From Nitrosospira multiformis ATCC 25196 (lineage in GTDB: Bacteria > Pseudomonadota > Gammaproteobacteria > Burkholderiales > Nitrosomonadaceae), in NCBI RefSeq assembly GCF_000196355.1, contig NC_007614.1, positions 1,680,001 through 1,712,000 on the forward strand: 32,000 nucleotides of DNA, read 5' to 3'. A program made the translations under genes and the position numbers. Each line of letters starts with the position of its first letter. Within the stretch, counting starts at the first letter, position 1. This document shows positions 1 to 9,819 of the stretch, in pieces. A model generated the notes under the pieces. It was not told the origin of the DNA. It did no database searches and saw only the letters and a program-made list of their open reading frames with translations.

Positions 1-855
1 TTGTCCGAAGCGACCACTGTTGAAATCATTCATGGCCTGGACAATTTCCTGCTGGCTGTTCATCACGAATGGACCGTGACCAACGATGGGCTCATCGATG
101 GGTTTGCCGCTTAGCAGCAGTACTACAGCGTCATTGTTGGCTTCAATCGAGACGTCTCGACCCGCCCGATCCAACACCACCATCTGCGCCTCGCGAGCAA
201 CTGTTTCGCCATTCACGAGCACGGTCCCATGCAGAACAATCACTGCCACGTTCCATCCTTCGGGAAGTGCCAATTCGCTCATCCCCCCCTGTTTCAACCG
301 CAGGTCCCAGACATGCATTGGCGTGAAGGTTCTGGCTGGACCCGCCTGACCAGCATACTCGCCTGCAATCACGCGAACCGTTCCCGCCTCCTCAGGGAGC
401 GCTACCCTTGGAATATCACGGTCGAGGATAGCTTGATAGCGGGGTGCAGTCATTTTGTTCCTGGCTGGCAGGTTCACCCACAACTGTACCATTTCAAGTA
501 CGCCACCGGATTCAGTGAATGTGGGGGAGTGGAACTCCTCGTGCAAGATACCGCTACCCGCTGTCATCCACTGCACATCCCCTGGACCGATAGTTCCGCC
601 TTGTCCGGTCGAGTCATGGTGCGCCACCTCGCCTTTGTAAACGATAGTGACCGTCTCAAAACCACGATGGGGGTGCTCACCCACACCACGAGGCGTGTCA
701 GCCGGTGAAAAATCGGCTGGCCCTGCATAATCGAGCAACAGGAAAGGACTGAGTTGTTTGCCGTGACCTTGGTACGAGAACATGGAACGCACAGGAAAAC
801 CATCTCCCACCCAATGGGAACGCGGTGCATTGTAGATACCGAGAATTCTTTTCAT
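1..855 (-). CDS. pirin family protein (3' end beyond the window)
   Basis: Reading the minus strand by hand from ATG at 855 gives MKRILGIYNAPRSHWVGDGFPVRSMFSYQGHGKQLSPFLLLDYAGPADFSP...GVGEHPHRGFETVTIVYKGEVAHHDSTGQGGTIGPGDVQWMTAGSGILHEEF, a classic pirin/quercetinase cupin pattern. It is open to base 1. Absent from the ORF track because it runs off the edge. Confidence 0.93.
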   Translation of the reverse strand, partial: MKRILGIYNAPRSHWVGDGFPVRSMFSYQGHGKQLSPFLLLDYAGPADFSPADTPRGVGEHPHRGFETVTIVYKGEVAHHDSTGQGGTIGPGDVQWMTAGSGILHEEFHSPTFTESGGVLEMVQLWVNLPARNKMTAPRYQAILDRDIPRVALPEEAGTVRVIAGEYAGQAGPARTFTPMHVWDLRLKQGGMSELALPEGWNVAVIVLHGTVLVNGETVAREAQMVVLDRAGRDVSIEANNDAVVLLLSGKPIDEPIVGHGPFVMNSQQEIVQAMNDFNSGRFGQ

Positions 856-965
856 GTCGAACTCCTGCTTAATGGAATGTAGTAAAAGTATAGATTGGAA
901 ACCATCACGTATGTAGACTGCTAAAATAGCTAGGAGAGTTCTATTTTTAGGACGATAAGGTTGCA

Positions 966-1871
966 GTGCAAGATTTGAATGATCTTTACTACTACGTCCA
1001 GGCAGTCGATCATGGCGGCTTTGCCCAGGCAGGCCGAGCGCTGGGAATGCCGAAATCGAAGCTCAGCCGTCGCATCGCAACGTTGGAAGAGCGGCTAGGG
1101 GTGCGCCTCATCCAACGTTCATCACGTCGCTTTACAGTGACTGAAGTCGGACAAACCTATTACGAGCACTGCAAAGCGATGCTCGTGGAAGCAGAGGCTG
1201 CTCAGGAAGCAATAGAGGCAATGCAAGCGGAACCTCGGGGTGTCGTCCGTCTAACATGTCCGGTGGCGCTGCTGCATGTGAATGTCGGGGTGATGCTGGC
1301 CGACTTTATGGTGCGTTATCCGCATATCACGCTCCATCTCGAGGCCACCAATCGGCGTGTGGATGTGCTGAGCGAAGCAGTAGATGTAGCCATTCGCGTG
1401 CGACCGCCACCCTTGCAGGATAGTGATCTGGTCATGCGTGTCCTGGCTGATCGGGGACAGTGTCTGGTAGGAAGTCAGGCGCTTGTATGGCACTTCGGTT
1501 TTCCTCGCACCCCCGGCGAGTTGAGCAACTGGCCCAGCCTCGGACTGGGAACGCCTCAACAAATCCATAAATGGGTACTGCACGGGCCGAACGGTGCTCA
1601 GGCAACGCTTCATCACATGCCGCGTTTAATCACCACCGATATGATTACCTTAAGAAATGCGGCATTGGCCGGGGTGGGAATGGTACAACTGCCTGTTCTG
1701 ATGGTACGTGATCATTTGGCAGCAGGTTCGCTGGTCAGGCTGGTGCCTGATTGGACTCCTCACCGGGAAATTGTCCATGCTGTATTTCCATCTCGGCGCG
1801 GCCTTCTGCCATCGGTGCGAACGCTCATTGATTTTCTCGCAGAGCGTTTTCGCTTACTGCATGAGGAGTGA
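966..1871 (+). CDS. LysR family transcriptional regulator
   Basis: GTG start. N-terminal LysR HTH (MQDLNDLYYYVQAVDHGGFAQAGRALGMPKSKLSRRIATLEERLGVRLIQRSSRRFTVTEVG) plus substrate-binding domain. Divergent from the pirin gene. Confidence 0.95.
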   Translation: MQDLNDLYYYVQAVDHGGFAQAGRALGMPKSKLSRRIATLEERLGVRLIQRSSRRFTVTEVGQTYYEHCKAMLVEAEAAQEAIEAMQAEPRGVVRLTCPVALLHVNVGVMLADFMVRYPHITLHLEATNRRVDVLSEAVDVAIRVRPPPLQDSDLVMRVLADRGQCLVGSQALVWHFGFPRTPGELSNWPSLGLGTPQQIHKWVLHGPNGAQATLHHMPRLITTDMITLRNAALAGVGMVQLPVLMVRDHLAAGSLVRLVPDWTPHREIVHAVFPSRRGLLPSVRTLIDFLAERFRLLHEE

Positions 1872-1882
1872 GTGCAATATTC

Positions 1883-1913
1883 GCGGAAAGGGGTTTTCCC
1901 CTCCCTTTCCCGC
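1883..1913. terminator. possible bidirectional terminator or REP-like hairpin between convergent genes
   Basis: GCGGAAAGGGGTTTTCCCCTCCCTTTCCCGC is an imperfect inverted repeat between the LysR stop (1871) and the dehydrogenase stop (1942). Confidence 0.45.
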
Positions 1914-1941
1914 ATATGCAAGAAGCAGAAGCATAGGGTTC

Positions 1942-3048
1942 TTATAATGCCACCCTGATAATCGGCTTGATGGTAATACCCTTCTCACTATCCTCTGCCG
2001 CTTCATTGATCCTGTCAAGAGGGTAAAACTTCACGAGCTTGTCGAATGGAAAGCGTCCCTGCATGTAAAGCTCGACAAGGGCTGGTATGAAGAGGTCGGG
2101 TATGCTATCGCCTTCGATGATCCCAAGGATGCGTTTGCCGGTGGTCATTACGCCATTCACGTCAAAGCTGACCTCTGTCCCAAGAGCGGGCGCGCCGACA
2201 ATGCCGCAAGTGCCGCGAATGCCCAGCGCATCGATGGCCTGGCGCAATACCTGGGGCCGACCACTGGACTCAAGGGCATATTCTACCCCCCCGCCACTGA
2301 TCTTGCGCACCGTCGCGACGGGATCGGTTTCGCGGCTGTTAACCGTGTGAGTTGCCCCGAGCTCTCTCGCCAGCTCGAGCCGGGATGGAACGACATCCAC
2401 AGCAATAATCGTTGTGGCGCCCGTGACGCGAGCCGCCATTACCGCACTCAGTCCTACCGCTCCCCCGCCAAAAGCCGCAAAACTGGCGCCTGGATTGACT
2501 TTAAGCGCATTTATCACTGCACCGGCGCCAGTTTGAATGCCGCAGCCAAGCGGACCAAGAAGCTCCAGCGGAGCTTCCCTCGGCACCTTGATCGCATTAC
2601 GTTCGTGGGTAAGAGCAAAAGTCCCGAATGACGACTGGCCGAAGAAATGGTCATGAAGCGAACCATGCGCATCGCGGGCGGAGCTGCTGCCGTCTTCCCT
2701 GGCGCCGCCAAAATTCAGTGCATAGAAATTCTGGCAATAGGTTAAATCTCCATGGAGACATGGCCTGCAATGGCCGCACCACATATAGGTCAGCACTACG
2801 TGATCTCCTGCCGTCACTTTTTTCACGTTGCTGCCTACCCGTTCGACAACACCCGCACCTTCATGCCCAAGCACAATCGGTAAGGGGACATCATAGAGCT
2901 GATCACGCGCTACCATGTCGGTATGACACATGCCAGTAGCCGCGATACGAACCAGCACCTCATCTGGGCGTGGCTCATCCAGAATCAAATTCTCGATCCT
3001 GAAAGGCCCACCCTTCTGTCGAATCGTCGCTGCCCGAATCTCCATCAT
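1942..3048 (-). CDS. NAD(P)-dependent zinc-type alcohol dehydrogenase, aryl-alcohol dehydrogenase-like
   Basis: ORF with [18 protein letters not shown], structural-zinc motif [15 protein letters not shown] and a Rossmann-type [12 protein letters not shown]. Overall resembles benzyl/aryl alcohol dehydrogenases. Confidence 0.9.
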   Translation of the reverse strand: MMEIRAATIRQKGGPFRIENLILDEPRPDEVLVRIAATGMCHTDMVARDQLYDVPLPIVLGHEGAGVVERVGSNVKKVTAGDHVVLTYMWCGHCRPCLHGDLTYCQNFYALNFGGAREDGSSSARDAHGSLHDHFFGQSSFGTFALTHERNAIKVPREAPLELLGPLGCGIQTGAGAVINALKVNPGASFAAFGGGAVGLSAVMAARVTGATTIIAVDVVPSRLELARELGATHTVNSRETDPVATVRKISGGGVEYALESSGRPQVLRQAIDALGIRGTCGIVGAPALGTEVSFDVNGVMTTGKRILGIIEGDSIPDLFIPALVELYMQGRFPFDKLVKFYPLDRINEAAEDSEKGITIKPIIRVAL

Positions 3049-3243
3049 ATGCAGCCTCCTCTATTTATCTCTCACAAGCCCCGGTTCACTTTCGCATAGA
3101 AGAGCAGCAGAAATTTCTGCCCATATAAAAAATTACCTTATCCTCAATTTTAGCTATAGAATTAAATTCAAGTGCCACATTCACAAAATGTTTAGCTGAT
3201 GGGTAACTCTCTAACATTAATTAATAAATATAAGGAGCGATAG

Positions 3244-3870
3244 ATGAAAAAGCTTGTTCTGACAACAACTCTCCTGTTAGCCATGCCCGCCTACGCGGGA
3301 CTGAACGGCACCCCGGTCACCCTTCGAACAGTCGTGCAGGATACATCGTCCAGTTCCCCGGTCATCACCTCTCTTGAAAAGACGGTGACAATTGGACCAG
3401 GAATCGAATATCCTCACGTGGCAAACCTCTTCAATGCGGGAGCAGCAACAGAAGCGCCACTTGGATTCGTGCCGAATCTTGTTGATGTTGCTATTGATAT
3501 CGCCAATGACTACATTACCATCGACTTTGCCAATTCAGCCCCTTTCAAACATTTTGGTGCCGGATTTCAAAATACGTATGCTTTTCAGTTTGATCCCGAC
3601 ATCGCAAGAAGCATTACCGCAGCAAAAATTGACAACAGCGTGACAACATTGGGGCTGCAGTCCTCCGACGTACGTCTGGTGGGGAATGAACTGCTTATTA
3701 ATGCCGAGAACCTTCAGTTCAATCCCTCCACTTTTGCCCGCGTGAATCTTGCCATTGAGGAAGGCCCAGTGTCCCCTGCTCCCGAACCCGCTACCTATGC
3801 AATGATGCTCGCCGGGCTTACATTGATCGGGTGGATCGGGACAAGAAGGAGCCGTCGCGAACTATCCTGA
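3244..3870 (+). CDS. PEP-CTERM sorting domain-containing secreted protein
   Basis: N-terminal signal peptide MKKLVLTTTLLLAMPAYA. C-terminus PAPEPATYAMMLAGLTLIGWIGTRRSRRELS (PEP motif, hydrophobic helix, basic tail). RBS AAGGAG upstream. Confidence 0.88.
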   Translation: MKKLVLTTTLLLAMPAYAGLNGTPVTLRTVVQDTSSSSPVITSLEKTVTIGPGIEYPHVANLFNAGAATEAPLGFVPNLVDVAIDIANDYITIDFANSAPFKHFGAGFQNTYAFQFDPDIARSITAAKIDNSVTTLGLQSSDVRLVGNELLINAENLQFNPSTFARVNLAIEEGPVSPAPEPATYAMMLAGLTLIGWIGTRRSRRELS

Positions 3871-3960
3871 TCAAGAAGCACCTCCCCTCCCCTCAGTGGA
3901 GGCACCTTCACTGAAAATATACATCCTGCTGGCCGATTGAATTTATCGGCCAGTAAAGGG

Positions 3961-5505
3961 TCAGCGAATTCCGGATTTTCCCGGGGCCAGGATACCGTTC
4001 GGGTCCAGCGCCTTCTTTAGCGTCTTGTGGACTTGACGTTGTACCGGACCATACGTTTCCGCCACCTTATCCATAAACGCCGTATTGACCCGGTAGGTCC
4101 CATACCCCTGCGCAGAAAAGACTGTCAGCAGTTCATCGAAACACTGGTATGCCGCCTTGACCTGACCCGGGTCGGTCTTGTCATAGAGCACGTCCACAAT
4201 ATGATGCATGTCACGCATTCCGACGATGAATTCCCCGGAATAATCCAGGCCATACTTGGCAAGGATCTGCTTGGTTAACGCCATCTGTTTCAGCGTCTCG
4301 CTTCCCCTTGCTTGAGACACCGGCGCAAACCACATGGAGCCCCCGCCCCCGCGCCAGTTGTACAACGAGAATTCCTGAAGCGTCATGTCACCGCGCATGA
4401 GAGATGCGCGATATTTAAAGGCAGGATCATCGCCCGCCTCCCGCTCGGTCAGAATCTTCGCTTTGCCGGATCTACCGAATGCTTGCGTCACGATTTTCCA
4501 GTTAAGGTCGATCTGCTCCTGCGTACCATACAATGCTGCATACACATTCCAGATCCCCAAGTGATGATCCTTCGCGAGCTTGCGCACTGCCACATCCGGA
4601 ATAGACCCCGGGCCGGTCACATAGTCACTGCGGCGAGCCTTGACAGGGGCTTCATATAACGCGTGGGCAATGACAACCGCATTTGGGATCACCCCGTTGA
4701 TGCGCAGCGGACGAATGATTTCCACGATCTCCACGATATCTTCCTCATTCTCGTACTGAATGACAAAAGGCTTGAAAGCCGGTGGAGCGGGCATAAGCCA
4801 GAAGCCGAATTTGGTGACGATGCCATAATTGGATTGTGTGAAAATCCCGTCCAGATAGGGTCCGTATCCCCATTTGAAAACCTGCCAGGTATTGGAATTC
4901 GGCATCGACCCCATTCCGGTGCGGAGCACTTCTCCATTTGCCAGGACCACCTCCATACCGCAGGCAAACAGGAAATGTTCTCCGTAAGGGGTATAGCCGA
5001 CTCCACGATCAAGCGTATTGCCAACCGGTCCTGCAATTGCGGAAGGAGCGGGCATGGATAGCCACAGCCCCAGCTTGTGCTCGGCGATATAGTCATAGAG
5101 CTGCTTATAAGTCACTCCCGGCTCAACCAGGGCATAGGCCAGATCTTTATCGACTTCCAGTATGCGGTTCATTCGCTTGAGGTCGAGGACAACCTGTCCG
5201 CGTTCAGCGGGTGCCGCCGAGCCGTAGCCCAGATTTTTTCCGGTGGAAATGGTCCAGATGGGAACCTTGTATCGGTTACATATCCCGACAATTTTCTGAA
5301 TCTCCTCCACCGTCGTCGCCATTAACGCGGCAGATGGAGCGTGGTCCGAATCAGGCACGGGCATCATCGTTTTGATGTAAGGGGCAAGCTGCTGAGCGCT
5401 GGTAAGCACGGCTGCGTCGCCGAGTACGCCGCGAAAATCCGCTATGGCAGCATCGAAAGTCTTTTCGGATATTCCTTTCGGCAATGCGATATATTTATTT
5501 GACAT
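3961..5505 (-). CDS. pchF: FAD-binding oxidoreductase, 4-cresol dehydrogenase (hydroxylating) flavoprotein subunit-like (PchF / vanillyl-alcohol oxidase family)
   Basis: 514 aa with the VAO/PCMH FAD-domain pattern (STGKNLGYGSAAPAERGQVVLDLKRMNRILEVD...ALVEPGVTYKQLYDY...AGPVGNTLDRGVGYTPYGEH) and C-terminus LDPNGILAPGKSGI. It is adjacent to a cytochrome c gene as in pch operons. Confidence 0.8.
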   Translation of the reverse strand: MSNKYIALPKGISEKTFDAAIADFRGVLGDAAVLTSAQQLAPYIKTMMPVPDSDHAPSAALMATTVEEIQKIVGICNRYKVPIWTISTGKNLGYGSAAPAERGQVVLDLKRMNRILEVDKDLAYALVEPGVTYKQLYDYIAEHKLGLWLSMPAPSAIAGPVGNTLDRGVGYTPYGEHFLFACGMEVVLANGEVLRTGMGSMPNSNTWQVFKWGYGPYLDGIFTQSNYGIVTKFGFWLMPAPPAFKPFVIQYENEEDIVEIVEIIRPLRINGVIPNAVVIAHALYEAPVKARRSDYVTGPGSIPDVAVRKLAKDHHLGIWNVYAALYGTQEQIDLNWKIVTQAFGRSGKAKILTEREAGDDPAFKYRASLMRGDMTLQEFSLYNWRGGGGSMWFAPVSQARGSETLKQMALTKQILAKYGLDYSGEFIVGMRDMHHIVDVLYDKTDPGQVKAAYQCFDELLTVFSAQGYGTYRVNTAFMDKVAETYGPVQRQVHKTLKKALDPNGILAPGKSGIR

Positions 5506-5530
5506 TTTGAGTCCCTTGCTCCTATCCGGG

Positions 5531-6547
5531 TTAGGTCTCTATCACAAATGAGGCGAATCGTTCGATGCGTATATTCCGGCGAGGACGTGTACCGGGCGGT
5601 AGATGATGTACAAATGCGCGCTGGGAGCACGGGATTTGATATGACTGCAAGCCTATCGCGGCAGTCATGGCGGCATATCCCACGGATTCAATCCAGCCGG
5701 TCAATTGCATCTGCGCAGGCTTCGGTCGCGTTGAACCATCGTCCGGTTCGAGCTCCTGTCCTTTGAGGGGCACCCACGTGCCTGCCTTGCTCCAACCCAC
5801 CGATTCACAACCGTCTGCTGCCGAAAGACCGGAACAATGAAGATGAATGTCATCAAATCCATCCAACCGGTAACTGAGGAAGCCCGGTTTAGGCTTATTT
5901 AACCTCCGGGGGTGCGTTCTGGCAGCGAAATTTTCGCTTGAAAGAAAATCCTCTACGATAGAAAAACTGTTATAACCCGGAAGAAGCTTCTCCGCAAGAA
6001 CATCACCCGCGCTGAATTCTGGCGATATAGCGGTCCATACATGCCGAAGCTCGGGAACATCCCGGGAGAAGCTGGAGCCGCCGAAGGCGCCATGACGGGA
6101 AAATGCGTGCGAACCCCGAAGAATCAGTCCTGCCCCGGCATTGCGCATCAATTCCATGAAAACTGCCGCACTGCTATCATCCATGATAGCAATCCAGCGT
6201 ACTCCACGAGCCCCTTCCAGCAGTTTCGCCACTACCTCGTACTCGTTAAGTAATCCGCCTGTCAGTTTTATCACGCGGGGTGGAGAGAACCGGACGTTCC
6301 CAGTCGACTCCGCCAGCCCTGCCTCACTTTCAGCAATTCCGTTTAGTCGTACATTACTGCTGAGAGCGTAAGCAGTGCGCACTCCTGCTGCGAATGCCGC
6401 ATCTGCTGGAGTATTTCCCAGGAGTAATCCGAATTTCCGCACGCTTCCAGCCATTGCACTTGCAAACACCCTTGGAGGAATTCCAAGCGCCAATAGCGTT
6501 CCCCCCGTCACCAGGCCTTTCATGAGATTACGTCTGCGTACGTCCAC
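5531..6547 (-). CDS. secreted protein with predicted Tat signal, located in the pchX position
   Basis: The listed ORF begins at 6679, but a GTG at 6547 is preceded by AGGAGG (AGGAGGGAAACCGTG). This gives MDVRRRNLMKGLVTGGTLLALGIPPRVFA, a twin-arginine-like signal, and removes the overlap with the upstream cytochrome gene. Confidence 0.75.
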   Translation of the reverse strand: MDVRRRNLMKGLVTGGTLLALGIPPRVFASAMAGSVRKFGLLLGNTPADAAFAAGVRTAYALSSNVRLNGIAESEAGLAESTGNVRFSPPRVIKLTGGLLNEYEVVAKLLEGARGVRWIAIMDDSSAAVFMELMRNAGAGLILRGSHAFSRHGAFGGSSFSRDVPELRHVWTAISPEFSAGDVLAEKLLPGYNSFSIVEDFLSSENFAARTHPRRLNKPKPGFLSYRLDGFDDIHLHCSGLSAADGCESVGWSKAGTWVPLKGQELEPDDGSTRPKPAQMQLTGWIESVGYAAMTAAIGLQSYQIPCSQRAFVHHLPPGTRPRRNIRIERFASFVIET

Positions 6548-6575
6548 GGTTTCCCTCCTCAGCCCACCTTGCCGA

Positions 6576-6902
6576 TCAATTGCGCTGGATATATTCGGCC
6601 AATTTCGCCAGCGACTCATCGTCGATTTCCGACGACCGGAATGGAGGCATAGCCCTGTTTCCGTTCCGTACGATGGCACGAATATACTCCGGCGGAAGTT
6701 CTCGTCCGAAAAGGCGAGGTCCTACCTGACCTTCATGGCAATAACTACAAACCTTGGAATAGACTTCTGCACCATCTCTCCACCGGAACCCCTTGTCAGC
6801 GTTGATTTCCGCACTCGCGCGCCCGATATCCGCCATTATCGCCGCGACTGACATTGAGAGCATAAGCGCAGTCACAGTCCTCACGGATTTTGTCTTTCTC
6901 AT
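6576..6902 (-). CDS. pchC: small c-type cytochrome, PchC-like cytochrome subunit
   Basis: 108 aa. Signal peptide followed by AEVYSKVCSYCHEGQVGPRLFGRELP (CxxCH haem site) and a downstream candidate Met ligand (NRAMPPFRSSEID). First gene of the three-gene minus-strand set. Confidence 0.8.
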   Translation of the reverse strand: MRKTKSVRTVTALMLSMSVAAIMADIGRASAEINADKGFRWRDGAEVYSKVCSYCHEGQVGPRLFGRELPPEYIRAIVRNGNRAMPPFRSSEIDDESLAKLAEYIQRN

Positions 6903-7226
6903 ATTATTCCTCCAGGCAAAATCTTAGCCGAAAAGACATTTCATTGGTTTATCCGTAGATTACAGATAAACCTTTACATTTGCGTGTATAAAATGCGGTT
7001 CCATCCTCAGTTTTATTATAGGCGCATCACTCTCTTCTGCACTGGCTTTAAGTTGGGGAAACACTATAACAAACGTCCATGACACTAGAAAACGATTCAA
7101 TGATTAAGGCTGAGTTTACTTGATAACTTGCATTTCCTGGCGTATCCCGCACTGGCAGAGGGTTTTGCAAGCCTGGAAAGGTAAAAAGCGACGGACAGCC
7201 AACTGGAAAAATGCCAGGCGTCAAAC

Positions 7227-9179
7227 TCAGAATTTCCAGCTGAGGTTTGCCCGAACACCATGGTCGGCAATGTTGTGAAGAATTTGTCCCTGATAATAAA
7301 TGCCCAAGGTTGCAGTTCCAAAAACATGAGCATCCACGCCTCCGGTGAGAACTATTCCGTTGCGGGCAATAGGCACACCGGTTGTAGCAAAGGATGAGCC
7401 ATTAGCAAAAGCGAAAGTCGAAACCGGCGTCATCTCACCCATAGCATGCCGCCATCCAATGCTTCCGCGAAGCGTGGTAACTATCTTCTCCAGTCGGGAT
7501 AGCGTCTTCGCCACATTGATTCCCAGAGTAGTATATGCGGTATCCTGCTGACTGCTACCGCTGCGCAGACTTGATATCCCTCCACGCTCCTGAAAACCTT
7601 TTGTACGCAGGTTTATGTAAGCGAGCCGTGCAAATGGTTCGAGTGAGATGAAGTTCAGGGGCAAACCATAACCAACCTCGCCGAACACCTGTATTCCGCG
7701 CGCATTGTATTCGGCATTGAGGTGATTTGAAAAACCTGGAAAGATCACGTCCCGCCCTGTCTCCAGATCGTGCCAGATGTATGCGGAACCCGCGCGTAAG
7801 CCAAGAGGTCCCCATTGTCCGCCACCATAAACGGAAACGTGATAATTGTCGCTTGAAGCGGTGAAAAGACGCGCTCCTTCATAGGATCCCTGCGTGTATC
7901 CTCCGGCAACGCCGAGAAGAAATTTATCAGCAATCCGCATATCTCCGCCCACAAAAATTCCAGCAAGCGCACGCCCGATGCGGGCAGCATTAAGGCCTCC
8001 ATCCCGGTGGCCGAACGAACCCAGGACACGTCCCCATAATGCCCCATCAGCAGCAGAGTTCTGTTGAAGGATATGTCCTGGGGTATCAGAGGACTGCGCA
8101 CCCACCAGATGAAAAGCTTGCCTGACCCGGTCTGAAACCGATTCCCGTATAAACCGGCTGTCTTCAATGATAATACCCTGAATGCTGGCGTGCCCTTCGC
8201 CGGAAAGACTGTTAAAAGCCTGGCGCACGCTCTCCTGATCTGGCTGATGGACAATTGCTCTATAGATAGGATTGCCGCCACCCAACCGCTCGGCTGCGCT
8301 TCCTGTGGCGCACTGATTAGGCGTCTCGCCGATATCGCAAAAGCGCAAAACATCGAGGTAGACGTGAGTAGGATCATAGGAGATACCCAGGTTGATCAGG
8401 CCATGCGTGAGTGAATCGAATTTTCCAGTCAAACCGCTATTCGCTGTCAGGATGGTGAAGCGGCTGCCAGGTGTGAATTCCTCTCCCGCAGGAATAACGG
8501 AAACTGTTCCCCCTTGTATATCAGCAAGATCTGTGACAATGACCTGGTCGCTGGCGCCATCGGGATGAATTTCTACTTCATAAGTGGAACCATTCAGCTG
8601 AACATAATTGCCGTGAACCGTAAGCATGCCAATCGAATTTCCCGGGGACACGGTACCTTCGACCCTCGTGGCTCCTATATGTCCGGTACCGTGAAGGGAA
8701 GCATGGTGCAGCACGTGCAGGATCCCGTCCGCCATCCCATTTACCGCCAGGATGCTGCTTCGGGCAGTGGAATGCACGCCGGATGCACCCGAATCTCCTG
8801 ATAATGTCGGCATGCTCAAGTCGGCTTTATTCAGGAAGCCCGACCCCGAAATCGTACCGTCATAGTGGATACTGCCCGGCTGATTGAATATCAGATGGGA
8901 GGAGTCCTGCACATTATTCGTATTATTCTGAAATGTATCTTCGGCATCGCTGAACTGCGTTTTGGGGAGCCATGACTGAAAACTTATGCCATCAGGCAAA
9001 GTGGCAGAAGCTGTGCTCCGGGTATCGTTACTACGGCTCATTCCCTTCTCGATACTGCTTACATCCCCCATAAGGCCTTGCTGAGCCCGAGAGGATAACG
9101 ACGCAACCGGAGCCATCAACAAAGCAATAATGAATTTCGCATAAAGAGAAAGAGAAGCTGATTTTTTTCTTTTTGCCAT
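7227..9179 (-). CDS. autotransporter outer membrane beta-barrel domain-containing protein
   Basis: 650 aa. Signal-like N-terminus, passenger with GSTYEVEIHPDGASDQVIVTDLADI, C-terminal barrel (GALWGRVLGSFGHRDG...GVTGGVDAHVFG...ILHNIADHGVRANLSWKF) ending in the typical terminal Phe. Confidence 0.92.
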   Translation of the reverse strand: MAKRKKSASLSLYAKFIIALLMAPVASLSSRAQQGLMGDVSSIEKGMSRSNDTRSTASATLPDGISFQSWLPKTQFSDAEDTFQNNTNNVQDSSHLIFNQPGSIHYDGTISGSGFLNKADLSMPTLSGDSGASGVHSTARSSILAVNGMADGILHVLHHASLHGTGHIGATRVEGTVSPGNSIGMLTVHGNYVQLNGSTYEVEIHPDGASDQVIVTDLADIQGGTVSVIPAGEEFTPGSRFTILTANSGLTGKFDSLTHGLINLGISYDPTHVYLDVLRFCDIGETPNQCATGSAAERLGGGNPIYRAIVHQPDQESVRQAFNSLSGEGHASIQGIIIEDSRFIRESVSDRVRQAFHLVGAQSSDTPGHILQQNSAADGALWGRVLGSFGHRDGGLNAARIGRALAGIFVGGDMRIADKFLLGVAGGYTQGSYEGARLFTASSDNYHVSVYGGGQWGPLGLRAGSAYIWHDLETGRDVIFPGFSNHLNAEYNARGIQVFGEVGYGLPLNFISLEPFARLAYINLRTKGFQERGGISSLRSGSSQQDTAYTTLGINVAKTLSRLEKIVTTLRGSIGWRHAMGEMTPVSTFAFANGSSFATTGVPIARNGIVLTGGVDAHVFGTATLGIYYQGQILHNIADHGVRANLSWKF

Positions 9180-9819
9180 GCTCTACAGGAATAATCCAGC
9201 CCTGGCTTCCGCTCCTCCTTCCGGGGGACGTCCAGATTGATGGTAGTAGAAATGCCCTACCGCAGCCGGAAACGCGGTTCCACGGCAGAAACAAATTTGA
9301 ACTGAGGCGACTACCGGCCCTGCAGCTTTTCAAAGATCGAAAGCTGAAGTTATGACGGGGGTGGAAGTTATGACGGCGGGGCGTTACACCCGGATTGAGG
9401 CAATTCTTGAAAAGACGTGGAAACGTACTCAGGCAGACAATGAGGTGAATTTATCGGAAAGTTTTCCTGATATTTGACGGGCAAATGACAACGGCACATG
9501 ATGGAATCAGAGTAAGCTACCAGACGGATTCAAATGGAATCCATTGTTAATCCATGAGCATATGACAGAGCGAGGCTTAAAGCAACCCCTTGGACCCGTT
9601 ACCTTAGTAGATCTTTAGGGTGTTTTTCCGTTGGATGGGCTCGAATCAATGATGTCAGTAGACTTAACGGCGTGGACAGAATATCCCTCAGAAGTCTGCG
9701 CGTGCCCTACAATCACTTTTGGTTGATGCATGCCTCCCGCGTTGAGAACATGTGCTCTAGAGGGAATTGCCAGGCGGAAAATGGTATGTGCAGTTCCATC
9801 GAACAAAAAGGATGAAAGA

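Noticed and set aside
229-708. 159-aa plus-strand ORF at the left end
   Set aside because: Antisense to the pirin gene, which is missing from the track only because it is cut by the window edge.
4027-5325. Set of plus-strand ORFs opposite pchF
   Set aside because: All are antisense to a long coherent flavoprotein gene and show no recognisable motifs.
7097-7333. 78-aa minus-strand ORF overlapping the end of the autotransporter gene
   Set aside because: Overlaps the well-supported autotransporter frame, and no RBS or family was recognised.
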